A stretch of DNA of 64,000 nucleotides from an uncultured Candidatus Poseidoniales archaeon (lineage in GTDB: Archaea > Thermoplasmatota > Poseidoniia > Poseidoniales > Poseidoniaceae): NCBI GenBank assembly GCA_000246735.1, contig CM001443.1:1176777-1240776 (forward strand), given 5' to 3'. Numbering within the stretch: the first letter of the stretch is position 1; every line of letters starts with the position of its first letter. A program made the position numbers and the translations under genes. Shown here piece by piece: positions 33,401-41,690 of the stretch. The notes beneath the pieces were generated by a model. The model did no database searches and was not told where the DNA came from. It worked only from the letters and a program-made list of their open reading frames with translations.

Positions 33401-34090
33401 ACCATTAAGGTACATCCCCCAACCGTAATCGCCTTTCATTGAGATGAATTGAATCCCGTCTAGGTTGAAGGGATGAATCCATGCAGAGAGGGAGAGGCTC
33501 TCTGTGATGTTGAGTGCATCTGTGTGGTCGATTTCAATTCGGTCGCCATCATCTGCAAATCGCAGGGAATAATCAGCACCAGGTCCAACTTCGACAACAC
33601 CGTAGACGGGGAAATATTGGGGGTCGTTTTCAAGATCGTTCCAAGTTCCGGGCATAATATTGCCCATGTTTGTGCTGGCGATGTGGACGTAGCCCTCATC
33701 ATCGCTGGCGGACGGTTGGTCTGCACCCCAGTTTCGGTAGTAAAATGGAGCACCATTGTGCCATCGGTACGCACCATCGTTGTCGCTGTCATAGAGACCG
33801 GTCCATAGGTGACGTGATTGATTGTCGAATGAGGCAAAAGTATCGAACAGCCATTGATTTTCTGCCTCGTCATCGACGGTGACAAGGAAACCATCCAATC
33901 CTTTGGCGACTTCGGCGGCAACGGTCCACGAACTCTCACTCAACAAGTGATATGTGTGGTTATTGGCAGGATTGATTGCCGTATCGAGGATGACCACATC
34001 TTCCACTTCTTGGGCTTGAACTGCGGGAGCCATCGGAACCAAGAGGCTCAAAAAAAACAACATGACAAGGGCCGTAGCCTTGGTTCGCAT
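30440..34090 (-). CDS. Giant surface protein: signal peptide, C-type lectin-like, LamG/ConA-like, several PPC-like beta domains, EF-hand-like loops, TSP3-like Asp repeats, TM helix, 125-aa cytoplasmic tail
   Basis: Signal peptide MRTKATALVMLFFLSLLVPMAPAVQAQE. CTLD: SWTVAAEVAKGLDGFLVTVDDEAENQWL...WTGLYD...YRWHNGAPFYYRNW...WNDL. LamG: LSLSAWIHPF...FISMKGDYGWGMYLNGG. PPC-like: YYYVDVEENLSSLTVSTYAGSGNIDIGL and YFKIQVPTGTERLEVDL...GTWYILL. EF-hand loops: DANGNGVIEEREF, DLNDDGEIEFRE, DLNMDGFLDAEEL. TSP3-like: DGDGDGVPDKDDAFPEDPDESKDTDGDGVGDNAD. TM helix: LIYGSIGLVGFIVLTLLVLFGVGAL. Confidence 0.85.
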   Translation of the reverse strand: MRTKATALVMLFFLSLLVPMAPAVQAQEVEDVVILDTAINPANNHTYHLLSESSWTVAAEVAKGLDGFLVTVDDEAENQWLFDTFASFDNQSRHLWTGLYDSDNDGAYRWHNGAPFYYRNWGADQPSASDDEGYVHIASTNMGNIMPGTWNDLENDPQYFPVYGVVEVGPGADYSLRFADDGDRIEIDHTDALNITESLSLSAWIHPFNLDGIQFISMKGDYGWGMYLNGGTLAYASEYSLSQHPTANTTVPADQWTHVEIDVIQGVGGQFRINGLAAGEISAEQALIPAGDFGSNDCFTSGDDCDELYIGSMGAGCECNYFQGMLDNITVGTNLSSIGSEVTWVSNWTFPEGEGMLTNDDINNANGTIYGADWVMPDGTIVAQVIQLYNNEEVNGITGQAGDNLLFFAELDEMTKMAYFNLYPTEFKDEEITIDVYFGNNRIPSSWDNDGSIEAFWGYAWEQISWPDAGGWWVLLVPQTDIADYAMTVSWEVADPPPSEDDMTKLNNGIPVTGQTIDVGRQADFEDRVLYYYVDVEENLSSLTVSTYAGSGNIDIGLSWGTVPDPFDFWFIEEPFATDDSEDNNPNQGKIVYDSGQGNNQDATLYDVEPGRYYVTAYTYQRAIDFTIVATMTFAPDNTAPEDAVELTPGVAYGPLTGYDGLDQYFKIQVPTGTERLEVDLSEGYGEATMFMRLEQFPTSGEFDLQSSTPGAGDKIGFNDPTPGTWYILLTTEDVFANILITASFEDRYIWTYDGTPIELFNGEEINGLEAPAGESLLFFVELENPGSYLEVNTYGGQGKLQLEGSGSVIDFDFGGFFPEDDGFAEGRQGRPMDGLTTAEVQVDSFGEGTEHTLFINMPANGRFDITLTVFDEISDVSIIAVWEDSQMPPIDPIDPDEDETIEIFCEDQARDVFEATDANGNGVIEEREFDDDGVSFDNIDLNDDGEIEFREALQEICSCENEILIIASQLSPFGEGLTLKEFSQLDLKNAYDTKGMDLNMDGFLDAEELEIISLVCETTFDAFDGDGDGVPDKDDAFPEDPDESKDTDGDGVGDNADLAPSVANDLIYGSIGLVGFIVLTLLVLFGVGALRGPQSSSSTNEWEEMKQQDIASQMLGMEEADSMTTQPSSSVDELYGQNMPTEGAEVFSQQPTLVTSVPSMDVFTDLLESNEAPSTAPPQQLMGMLDATGAEILEYPAGSGTMWTRSSPTEGWHQR

Positions 34091-34111
34091 GGTTTTTCCT
34101 TGCATGCAGGT

Positions 34112-34120
34112 GCTATATAT
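34112..34120 (-). promoter_or_regulatory. Candidate TATA box giving a leaderless transcript of the surface-protein gene
   Basis: The minus strand reads GGATATATAGCACC. The TATATA centre lies about 26 nt upstream of the ATG at 34090, the spacing expected between an archaeal TATA box and the transcription start. Confidence 0.4.
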
Positions 34121-34157
34121 CCACTGGTGCGATGTTTTTACAATGCTTTGTCGATGC

Positions 34158-37100
34158 TTACTTGAGCCGCTTTCCACCAATGCGTAGTTCAGTTTGGAGT
34201 GGCATTTGGTGTTCCCAAGCGAATTCCTTCACGATTCTCCATGCCTTTTCAGAACCTTCGTAATCCTTGACATCGATGATTTTGTTGCGTGTGTTGGCCT
34301 TGAACGCTGCTATTGGTTCAGCGTTCTTGAACACAAGGTAGGCCGAACCGAATCCAAACCGTTCCTTCATGATATCAGCAAAGTATGGAGCGATTGGATC
34401 GCTTGGGGGTAAGACAAAATCACGAATCGGTGGAATGTCTTTCGCTTCCTCCAGCAAGTTCTTCCTTCCCCAGCACACCTGGTCGAGTTCATCGATCAAA
34501 AAGCCCTTAACGAGGGTTCCATCGACTTCAAAGGACGTAAGAACAGCCTTGATTTCCTCTGGTTTGAAAGGTGTTCCAGCAAGTCGGAGCAGTTGTTTGA
34601 GTGTGATGACAGGGAAATCTTGGACGAGCGCACGAATGTACTCTCGGCGAAGTTCCACGGGGTCGTCACCACTGCGTTGTTTGACCGTCCTAAATCCACC
34701 ACGGAAATCTTGGACAATGTGCCCGGATCGAATGAGTGGTTGGACCAGTTTCCTGAATTCAGATTGTGTGAGTGCGTGGCGTTCTTTGAACAAATTTGGA
34801 TCTGTGTTCGAACTAAAGAACTCAACAATGTCCCACAAATCTTCATCGAAAGGCTGGCCACGAATGGCTAATAAATTCTGGAAGTGCTCGTATGTAGCCC
34901 ATACTTGATGGCCTCGGAGGTTGATTCCTTGGTGCAATCTGTTTGCACTGGCCATGCTCTTGAGGTCGACGCGATACAATTCACAACGACCGCGCAAAGC
35001 AAAATCATCACGAATTTCAGTCACTTCTTTGAGTGCCATGACTTCATTTTCCATCCTCGTTTTCTGGTGGAGGTTGTGGCGATGGAAGAGGGCTCGCTCA
35101 GCGATTTCTCGAGGTTGTGGATCAACGACACCGCCACGAATCATTCGTTCGCCCGTCATCTTGAACCCAATGCGTTCCAATGCTTCCCGAGTATCTTTCT
35201 CTAAACTCGAGACTGGTTCACTGTTGAAATTCGACAAAACGGCCACATCGACAAGCTGGTCGGCGTGATTGTCGAGAAGGAGTTTGAATGCTTCACAGAA
35301 CTCATCAATGTAGGCAGTGGGTACGTGCAAGTCCTTGATTACGAGGTAATCGTTTACCTTGAACATCAACACTTTGCCAATTGGGTCGATGCCCTTGAAC
35401 ACAGGAAGATACCAGCCTCGGTCCAACACACTGCGAACTTCCCAAATGAATCGGGATACATACGGGTCTGATTGTGTGAGAATCCTCATGGCTCGGTCTT
35501 CACGACGTGGCTGCTGCAGCAACTCCACTTCTTCTGGCATGCAGTAGAACGCCTCTGGATCGGGCACAAGCGCCATCACCTTGGCGATTCGACCAGATTT
35601 TTCCAAATTCATGAGGGCAATTGTGAGGTCTTCGAAGGAACGAGTGACGTAGAATCTCAGTGTGTTGCCTTTGACGGGGCCCATTCGACGTATGACATCA
35701 ACCAAAGCGCTTTCGAAATCCAGAGGTTCGTACACATCGTGGACCCTATGGAAGAGGGACAGCCGTCGTCGGCGTCCGGCAACATCCTCGAATTGTTTTA
35801 CAACGAGCATCTGCCGCTCAAGATTGGACATTGCATACTTGATGTCTCGTTGGAGGGAGCGGTGCTCATCTCCAGTAGGGAAGTCTGCCATGATCTCCTG
35901 GCGTGTCACATTTTCTCCGATTGGGATCCTCTTGAGAAGTTCCTCTTCCATTGGGCCAACCCAAGGCTCGGGCTTCAGGCCAAGCAACATAGGAATGGTG
36001 TCTTTTGTTGTGTACCCCATTCGATTGTGCAACAGGCGACCCATGATGACATCAGAATCAAGTTGCATGTCTTGCCAATCCTTGAATCTAAAGTCCGTCA
36101 CCCGGTACAGTAATTCCTGCTGTTTCTGGAAAAGCACGTGTGAATCAAAGGCAGAAAAACCATCCTCATACTGCTGGAATGTCTTGTCGAGAACTAAATT
36201 TTGAACCCATCGATATTCAACAACATCCTCTGAACTATTGACGAGGCGATGTTCGTCAATTTTCAGTATATATTCCGCCTCATCCGTTTGTTTATAGAAT
36301 CCTACAGAGAGTACATTCCGTGTCTCCAGTTCGTGAAGTATTTTGTCCACCATGGCACGAGGGAACGGCAAACGCTCTTCCAGTTGGTCACCAGTTTGTG
36401 GGCCTTCACTGCCAAGCATTTCGATAATTTTGACCCGCATGGCTTCGTGAGGGTCGCCAAGGGCTTGCTCATCCCAAGCGGTTGGTTTTCGTTCCTTGAA
36501 AGCTGATGCAATCTTGTAAGAGAGACCTCGCGTGTGTAATTCACGAAGATCGGTGACATCCTTTCCACCGTTGACCGACAAGCAGCCTAAGGTACCGTGG
36601 ATTTCAGCCATGAAGGGTGAGAACCACTTACCGTCCAATTGCTCTGAACCGGTCCCATCGAGTTTTGTGATTTTGCCTTGGTCTGATAATTCAGTGACCC
36701 AGCCCCGAATCGTTTCGATTTCGATGCCAGCCAGTTTCTCTTTGTACAGCGGGTTGTGGAATTCCTGATTGAGTCCACCACCGTGGGACATCAAAGTCAT
36801 CAATTCCTTGGCGTTGGTTGGAATTGGTGCTTTATCGAGGTAGAATTTGTCGAGTTGTTCTGCTGTTAATTCAGTTGCTAAGCTGCGTGTTCCAAGCAGA
36901 CGCCTCAAAATCTCAGGATCAATATCCTTGACAAGGTACGCCCTTGTTTTCATCGCCATCAGATCTTCGAAGGCAGACATGAACAGCGACATACCAAGCC
37001 GTGATGGTACTGTGACCTTGTTGTGGACAATTCGTGCCTCACCTTGTACACAGGACTGGAGGAAGATTTCGAGGCTCTTCATGTCGATGTCGCCAAACAA

Positions 37101-39440
37101 AATTTCGTTCTTTGCTTCACGCATCAAGAGGCTGTCATCCGTCGTTCGATGCTTGTTGAGCAAGGCCTCAGCCTTTTGTTGGAATTGTTGTGGACTGATC
37201 TCTTCAGCACCGATTCGCTTTGGAATAATCATCGAGCGACCAGCAACTTCCCGGAAACGCTTTGCAAAAATTTGGGTGTTGACAACGTACCGCTCAATGA
37301 CTTCGAGGTGGTTATTGTTTCGGAATGCCTGGTACATTTGGCCCGGGTCGACTTCTTCGGAAGTTCGTATCAGTAGACCATTTTCATCAAACGACATTTC
37401 GATGACAGCGATGTTGTTTGATTCTGCCAAGCCTGCCATGAAATAGCCAAGGGCAGTGTTGAAACCACGGCCTCGACAGGTGGTGATCATGTACGTCGGA
37501 TGGCCTCCAGTGAGCACTTGCTCGACAAGGATTCGGTTCGGGTCTGGAACTTGGAATGAATCGAGGCTGTGTTCTTCCAAGTGCCTCGCAATGGCGTTAG
37601 CGACATCATTGGAAAGTCCATAGGCGTCTCTGAGAACGATTCGAGGATCTTCTTCTCGTCGCAAGGAAACAATGCAGTGGCCAATCAAGTCGAGCAAGGC
37701 ATTGGAGAGTTCTCGCGAGCGTGACCGCGCTTCACCAGACCATGAGGGGACTGTTGGACGATGGCCTGTGACCGATGCCACGTTGACACGAGTGCCTTGA
37801 ATGTTGGTCACTCTGTAGGTCGAACCACCCAAGAGAATGACATCGCCACCGCGTAAGTTTGAGACAAATGAACCCGACAGTTGTCCAAGGATTGATCCCT
37901 CTGCGTTGAACACGAGGTAGGAGTTGTCGGGAGCAATGGTACCGATGTTGGTGTAGTAAATCATTCTCGAATAGCCGCGCTTTCCATAGATGTTCTCTTC
38001 CCAATCCACCCACACACGTCGCTCTTCTTCGAGCATGTCCAAGACTTCGATGAAATCGTCGTATTCAAAATTTCGATACGACCATGCATTGACAATGATT
38101 TCGTATGCTTCATCAATATCGATTTGATTGATGATCACCAATCCAATCATGAATTGAGCCACAACATCGAGGCAGTTTTCTGGGAAATCCAGACGATCCA
38201 TGTCCCCTGTCTGAATCGCAGCTTGAAGGGCAGCCAATTCGAGGAGATCATCGACACTTGAAGGAAGGAAACGGGCGCGTGGAATACCACCTACATGGTG
38301 GCCTGCACGACCGATTCGCTGCAATGCTGTGGCAATATCACCGGGACTTCCAATTTGAAGGACTAAGTCCACTGACCCAATGTCAATTCCCATTTCCAGT
38401 GAAGATGAGGTGACGACGGCTCTCAGGTGGCCATGTTTGAGTTTCTTTTCAACATCCAATCGGATTTTCTTATCCATTGAACCGTGGTGCCCTGCAACCA
38501 AATCACCAAGGTAGGGTCGGAGTTTCAAGACAATGTTTTCTGTCATTTTTCTCGTGTTGGCAAAGACGATGGTGGTGTTGTGTGCCGCGATAAAATCGGC
38601 AATTGCTTCGATGTTTTTGTCGAAGATTTTCATCACGGACAAGTCACTGAATTTTGGATCAGTGATCAGAATGTCCAAATCAAGTTCTCTTGATCCAGAG
38701 ACCTTCGCAATGCAGACTTTCGTTGCAGCTGATCTGCTTTCTTGATCGTCACTTGCTACTAAAAATTCGGCCACAGTTTCCAAGGGCTCCATGGTCGCAG
38801 AGATTCCGATCCGTTGTACGGGTCGCGTCAAAAGGGTGTCAAGATACGAAAGCGTGAGTGCAAGGTGGACACCACGTTTGGTTGGGACAAGCGAGTGCAA
38901 TTCGTCGATGATCATGTATTCGACTTCACTCACAATTGGTTGGAACCGTGGTGAGGTGATGGCAATAGCCAAACTTTCTGGCGTTGTAATGAGGATATGC
39001 GGAGGGTTTCGCAGCATCTTCTGTCGCTCGCTTTGAGGCGTGTCACCTGTTCGTAAACCGACTTTGATTTCTTGTGCACGGTCTGGTAGGTAGCGCTCTG
39101 ATATTTCCTTGAGCGGTCCAAGCAGGTTCCTTTGAATGTCATTAGCGAGGGCTTTGATTGGCGATATGTAGACGCAATAGACTCTTTTGTCGAGTTTTCC
39201 ATCAAGTGCCCTCCGCACGAGTTGGTCGATGATCGTGAGGAACGCAGTCAATGTTTTACCGGAACCAGTTGGCGAACAGAGCAACAAGTGTTCTTGATCG
39301 ATAATGGCAGGAATTGCTAATTTTTGTGGGCGAGTAAAATCTGGAAATGTATCCTTGAACCAGTTTCGAACGGGTGGGCATAACCGTTCCAACAAGGCCT
39401 CTGTTTCCAAAGGTTGGTCTAGATAGTGAATATCTGCCAT
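34158..39440 (-). CDS. lhr: Lhr-type superfamily-2 helicase, unusually long (1760 aa), with an extended winged-helix / AlkZ-YcaQ-like C-terminal region
   Basis: Helicase motifs: PTGSGKT (I), IIDELH (II), SAT (III), QRIGRAGH (VI). Lhr-specific post-helicase blocks: GDVILLGGSTYRV, GRGFNTALGYF. The C-terminal ~860 aa contain two segments, RILTQSDPYVSRF...GWYLPVF and FVLPPSDPIAPYF...GSAYLVF. Start moved to ATG 39440 (MADIHYLDQ). Confidence 0.85.
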   Translation of the reverse strand: MADIHYLDQPLETEALLERLCPPVRNWFKDTFPDFTRPQKLAIPAIIDQEHLLLCSPTGSGKTLTAFLTIIDQLVRRALDGKLDKRVYCVYISPIKALANDIQRNLLGPLKEISERYLPDRAQEIKVGLRTGDTPQSERQKMLRNPPHILITTPESLAIAITSPRFQPIVSEVEYMIIDELHSLVPTKRGVHLALTLSYLDTLLTRPVQRIGISATMEPLETVAEFLVASDDQESRSAATKVCIAKVSGSRELDLDILITDPKFSDLSVMKIFDKNIEAIADFIAAHNTTIVFANTRKMTENIVLKLRPYLGDLVAGHHGSMDKKIRLDVEKKLKHGHLRAVVTSSSLEMGIDIGSVDLVLQIGSPGDIATALQRIGRAGHHVGGIPRARFLPSSVDDLLELAALQAAIQTGDMDRLDFPENCLDVVAQFMIGLVIINQIDIDEAYEIIVNAWSYRNFEYDDFIEVLDMLEEERRVWVDWEENIYGKRGYSRMIYYTNIGTIAPDNSYLVFNAEGSILGQLSGSFVSNLRGGDVILLGGSTYRVTNIQGTRVNVASVTGHRPTVPSWSGEARSRSRELSNALLDLIGHCIVSLRREEDPRIVLRDAYGLSNDVANAIARHLEEHSLDSFQVPDPNRILVEQVLTGGHPTYMITTCRGRGFNTALGYFMAGLAESNNIAVIEMSFDENGLLIRTSEEVDPGQMYQAFRNNNHLEVIERYVVNTQIFAKRFREVAGRSMIIPKRIGAEEISPQQFQQKAEALLNKHRTTDDSLLMREAKNEILFGDIDMKSLEIFLQSCVQGEARIVHNKVTVPSRLGMSLFMSAFEDLMAMKTRAYLVKDIDPEILRRLLGTRSLATELTAEQLDKFYLDKAPIPTNAKELMTLMSHGGGLNQEFHNPLYKEKLAGIEIETIRGWVTELSDQGKITKLDGTGSEQLDGKWFSPFMAEIHGTLGCLSVNGGKDVTDLRELHTRGLSYKIASAFKERKPTAWDEQALGDPHEAMRVKIIEMLGSEGPQTGDQLEERLPFPRAMVDKILHELETRNVLSVGFYKQTDEAEYILKIDEHRLVNSSEDVVEYRWVQNLVLDKTFQQYEDGFSAFDSHVLFQKQQELLYRVTDFRFKDWQDMQLDSDVIMGRLLHNRMGYTTKDTIPMLLGLKPEPWVGPMEEELLKRIPIGENVTRQEIMADFPTGDEHRSLQRDIKYAMSNLERQMLVVKQFEDVAGRRRRLSLFHRVHDVYEPLDFESALVDVIRRMGPVKGNTLRFYVTRSFEDLTIALMNLEKSGRIAKVMALVPDPEAFYCMPEEVELLQQPRREDRAMRILTQSDPYVSRFIWEVRSVLDRGWYLPVFKGIDPIGKVLMFKVNDYLVIKDLHVPTAYIDEFCEAFKLLLDNHADQLVDVAVLSNFNSEPVSSLEKDTREALERIGFKMTGERMIRGGVVDPQPREIAERALFHRHNLHQKTRMENEVMALKEVTEIRDDFALRGRCELYRVDLKSMASANRLHQGINLRGHQVWATYEHFQNLLAIRGQPFDEDLWDIVEFFSSNTDPNLFKERHALTQSEFRKLVQPLIRSGHIVQDFRGGFRTVKQRSGDDPVELRREYIRALVQDFPVITLKQLLRLAGTPFKPEEIKAVLTSFEVDGTLVKGFLIDELDQVCWGRKNLLEEAKDIPPIRDFVLPPSDPIAPYFADIMKERFGFGSAYLVFKNAEPIAAFKANTRNKIIDVKDYEGSEKAWRIVKEFAWEHQMPLQTELRIGGKRLK

Positions 39441-39535
39441 ATTTTTTCTCACTTGCCCGTGAGTCGGAGTCCAACGAAAGGAGTAAATGAACTTGTTGAT
39501 TTTATCCGTCGAGCGGAATCGTGTCGGAGATGCTT

Positions 39536-39850
39536 CTATGCCCAACGCAGTCCGCCTTTTTTCCACCGATTTACAGGTTCAGTCGGTGGGCGGGGTGAGG
39601 GATTGAGCAGGGGAGATGTTTCGGCGTTTGGTGGCGTCTTCACCTCGTGCAGAGCTTGGGTCGGGCATGAACCGATGCAGGACAAGCATCCAACGCATTG
39701 GGATTCAACGACAACAACGGGCCGTTTCGGTTTTGTCCGATGTTCTGGAGAATTCAGCAAAGGCAACAATGCTTCGAAAGGGCAATGCGGAATGCACAGG
39801 TCGCAACCAGTGCAATCTGCTTCAATGATTGCCACCATCGACTGGCCCAT
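39536..39850 (-). CDS. 2x[4Fe-4S] ferredoxin-domain protein with a Pro-rich C-terminal tail
   Basis: Two complete cluster motifs: CTGCDLCIPHCP and CVGCLSCIGSCP. The tail reads PPNAETSPLLNPSPRPPTEPVNRWKKGG. Confidence 0.8.
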   Translation of the reverse strand: MGQSMVAIIEADCTGCDLCIPHCPFEALLPLLNSPEHRTKPKRPVVVVESQCVGCLSCIGSCPTQALHEVKTPPNAETSPLLNPSPRPPTEPVNRWKKGGLRWA

Positions 39851-39945
39851 GATTTCTGCACATCGCCGTGCTTCTTAACGCTACGGTTATGGGGTTTAAT
39901 GTCAATTTCAACGGTGAGGTTGAAAGGTGGCTTGCCTTAGGCAGG

Positions 39946-41631
39946 ATGAGTGTGGATTTGATGCAAACCGAGGCTGACCGTTTGGAACGTATGTCCGGGA
40001 TGCTAAAGCGCAGAGGAATTATTCTTCCAGCGTTTGAAATTCATGGCGGTGCAAAGGGTCTCTACGATTTTGGACCCGTTGGTGGTCGCCTCCGAAACCG
40101 TGTCAATCAAACATGGATCAATCATTGGCTGGCTCTCGGTAACATCGTCGAACTCTCATGCCCAACTGTAACACCCTACGCTGTGTTGGAAGCATCGGGC
40201 CACGTAGGTGAATTCTCTGATTTCATGACCGTTTGCACGAAGTGTGATGAAGCAAGCCGGGCCGACACCCTGCTCGAACCCTCTCACCCAAATCCAGATG
40301 CACTCTCCAAGGCCGAACTGCAAACACTCCTCACACAAATCAATCCTGAATGCCCAAACTGTGGTGAACAGGCTTGGAGTGAAGTTACGGCTCAAAACCT
40401 GATGTTCAACACGACCATAGGTGCAGGTTCTTCGGGGCGACCAGGTTTCTTACGTCCTGAAACTGCTCAAGGGATGTTTACTTCGTTCCCAGCATTGCTA
40501 CGCCATAACAGGGATCGCCTCCCGTTTGGAGCCATTCAAGTTGGAAAGGGATATCGAAATGAAATCTCCCCACGCCAAGGTATGATTCGATTGCGCGAAT
40601 TCAACATGGCGGAACTCGAATATTTTATCAATCCACATGAGCCTTCGAAGCATGACTTTTCTCCTTGGTCTGCGATACCATTCCGTTTGGTTGCAGATGG
40701 GAAGGAAGAGCAACACATGACCATTCAAGAAGCCATTGACAGCAATACGGTGCGTCATGATACGGTTGGTTACTTCATGGCACAAACATATGACTTCCTC
40801 CTGAAGGTGGGCATCGATCCAGAACGTCTTCGCTTCCGACAACATGAGTCGGATGAAATGGCTCACTATGCAACAGACTGTTGGGATGCTGAAATCCATG
40901 GGTCATACGGTTGGATTGAATGCGTTGGTATCGCACACCGAGGCTGTTATGACTTGGAAGCTCACGAAAAAGCAACTGGAAAAACGCTCAGGGCGCGGCG
41001 AGAATTTTCAGAGCCAAAAGTAGTGGAAATTGATGGTTGGACCATGAATGGAGCCACAGCAGGACCTGCCTTCAGAGCGCTGGCCGGGGCTGTCAAGAAA
41101 GCGGTGGAATTGCTACCGGCTGAGTCGACTTTCCCCTCCGTGATTCAATTGGATTCGGGTGAAGAAATCGAAGTTCTTCCTGAGCATGTGAAACGCCTGC
41201 AACGGACCGAAACCATCACAGGCGAGTGGTATATTCCTCATGTTGTTGAACCTGCTTTTGGAATTGACCGCATCATTTGGCATATCCTTGACCACGCATA
41301 TGATGATGAATCGAAAGACGGTGATGCATACACCGTACTACGGCTTAGCAATCATGTTGCTCCCGTCGATTATTGTGTGTTCCCGCTCTTCGAAAAAGAC
41401 GGCATGGGGGAACTCGCTCGTTCACTGCATCGCTCTTTGTGTGGTAAACCAAATGTGGTTTCAATCTACGATAGCAGCGGTTCAATTGGGCGCCGGTACG
41501 CACGAGCAGACGAGATTGGCGTACCACACTGCCTGACGGTGGATCATCAATCCCTTGAGGACCAGACGGTGACCATACGCGACCGTGACACAGGCAAGCA
41601 GCAAAGAGTCGCCATCACTGATTTAATCTGA
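39946..41631 (+). CDS. glyS: Glycyl-tRNA synthetase (archaeal/eukaryal class II type)
   Basis: LKRRGIILPAFEIHGGAKGLYDFGPVGGRL, FLRPETAQG (motif 2), RNEISPRQGMIRLREF, EPAFGIDRI (motif 3). Start set at ATG 39946. Confidence 0.93.
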   Translation: MSVDLMQTEADRLERMSGMLKRRGIILPAFEIHGGAKGLYDFGPVGGRLRNRVNQTWINHWLALGNIVELSCPTVTPYAVLEASGHVGEFSDFMTVCTKCDEASRADTLLEPSHPNPDALSKAELQTLLTQINPECPNCGEQAWSEVTAQNLMFNTTIGAGSSGRPGFLRPETAQGMFTSFPALLRHNRDRLPFGAIQVGKGYRNEISPRQGMIRLREFNMAELEYFINPHEPSKHDFSPWSAIPFRLVADGKEEQHMTIQEAIDSNTVRHDTVGYFMAQTYDFLLKVGIDPERLRFRQHESDEMAHYATDCWDAEIHGSYGWIECVGIAHRGCYDLEAHEKATGKTLRARREFSEPKVVEIDGWTMNGATAGPAFRALAGAVKKAVELLPAESTFPSVIQLDSGEEIEVLPEHVKRLQRTETITGEWYIPHVVEPAFGIDRIIWHILDHAYDDESKDGDAYTVLRLSNHVAPVDYCVFPLFEKDGMGELARSLHRSLCGKPNVVSIYDSSGSIGRRYARADEIGVPHCLTVDHQSLEDQTVTIRDRDTGKQQRVAITDLI

Positions 41632-41690
41632 AGGCACCAACCTTCCAGTTTCTCATCAAGGTTGAAAGACCCTCGGACCAAGGTTGCGAT

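Noticed and set aside
34158-39440. An intein as the explanation for the 1760-aa length of the Lhr-type helicase
   Set aside because: The helicase motifs I to VI are contiguous with normal spacing. I saw no intein block signatures or homing-endonuclease (LAGLIDADG-type) motifs. The extra length is all C-terminal to the Lhr core.
39426-39878. 150-aa plus-strand ORF across the lhr/ferredoxin/glyS junction
   Set aside because: It is antisense to the ferredoxin ORF, which has two perfect CxxCxxCxxxCP motifs. Its translation is Arg/Ser/Gly-rich with no motif.
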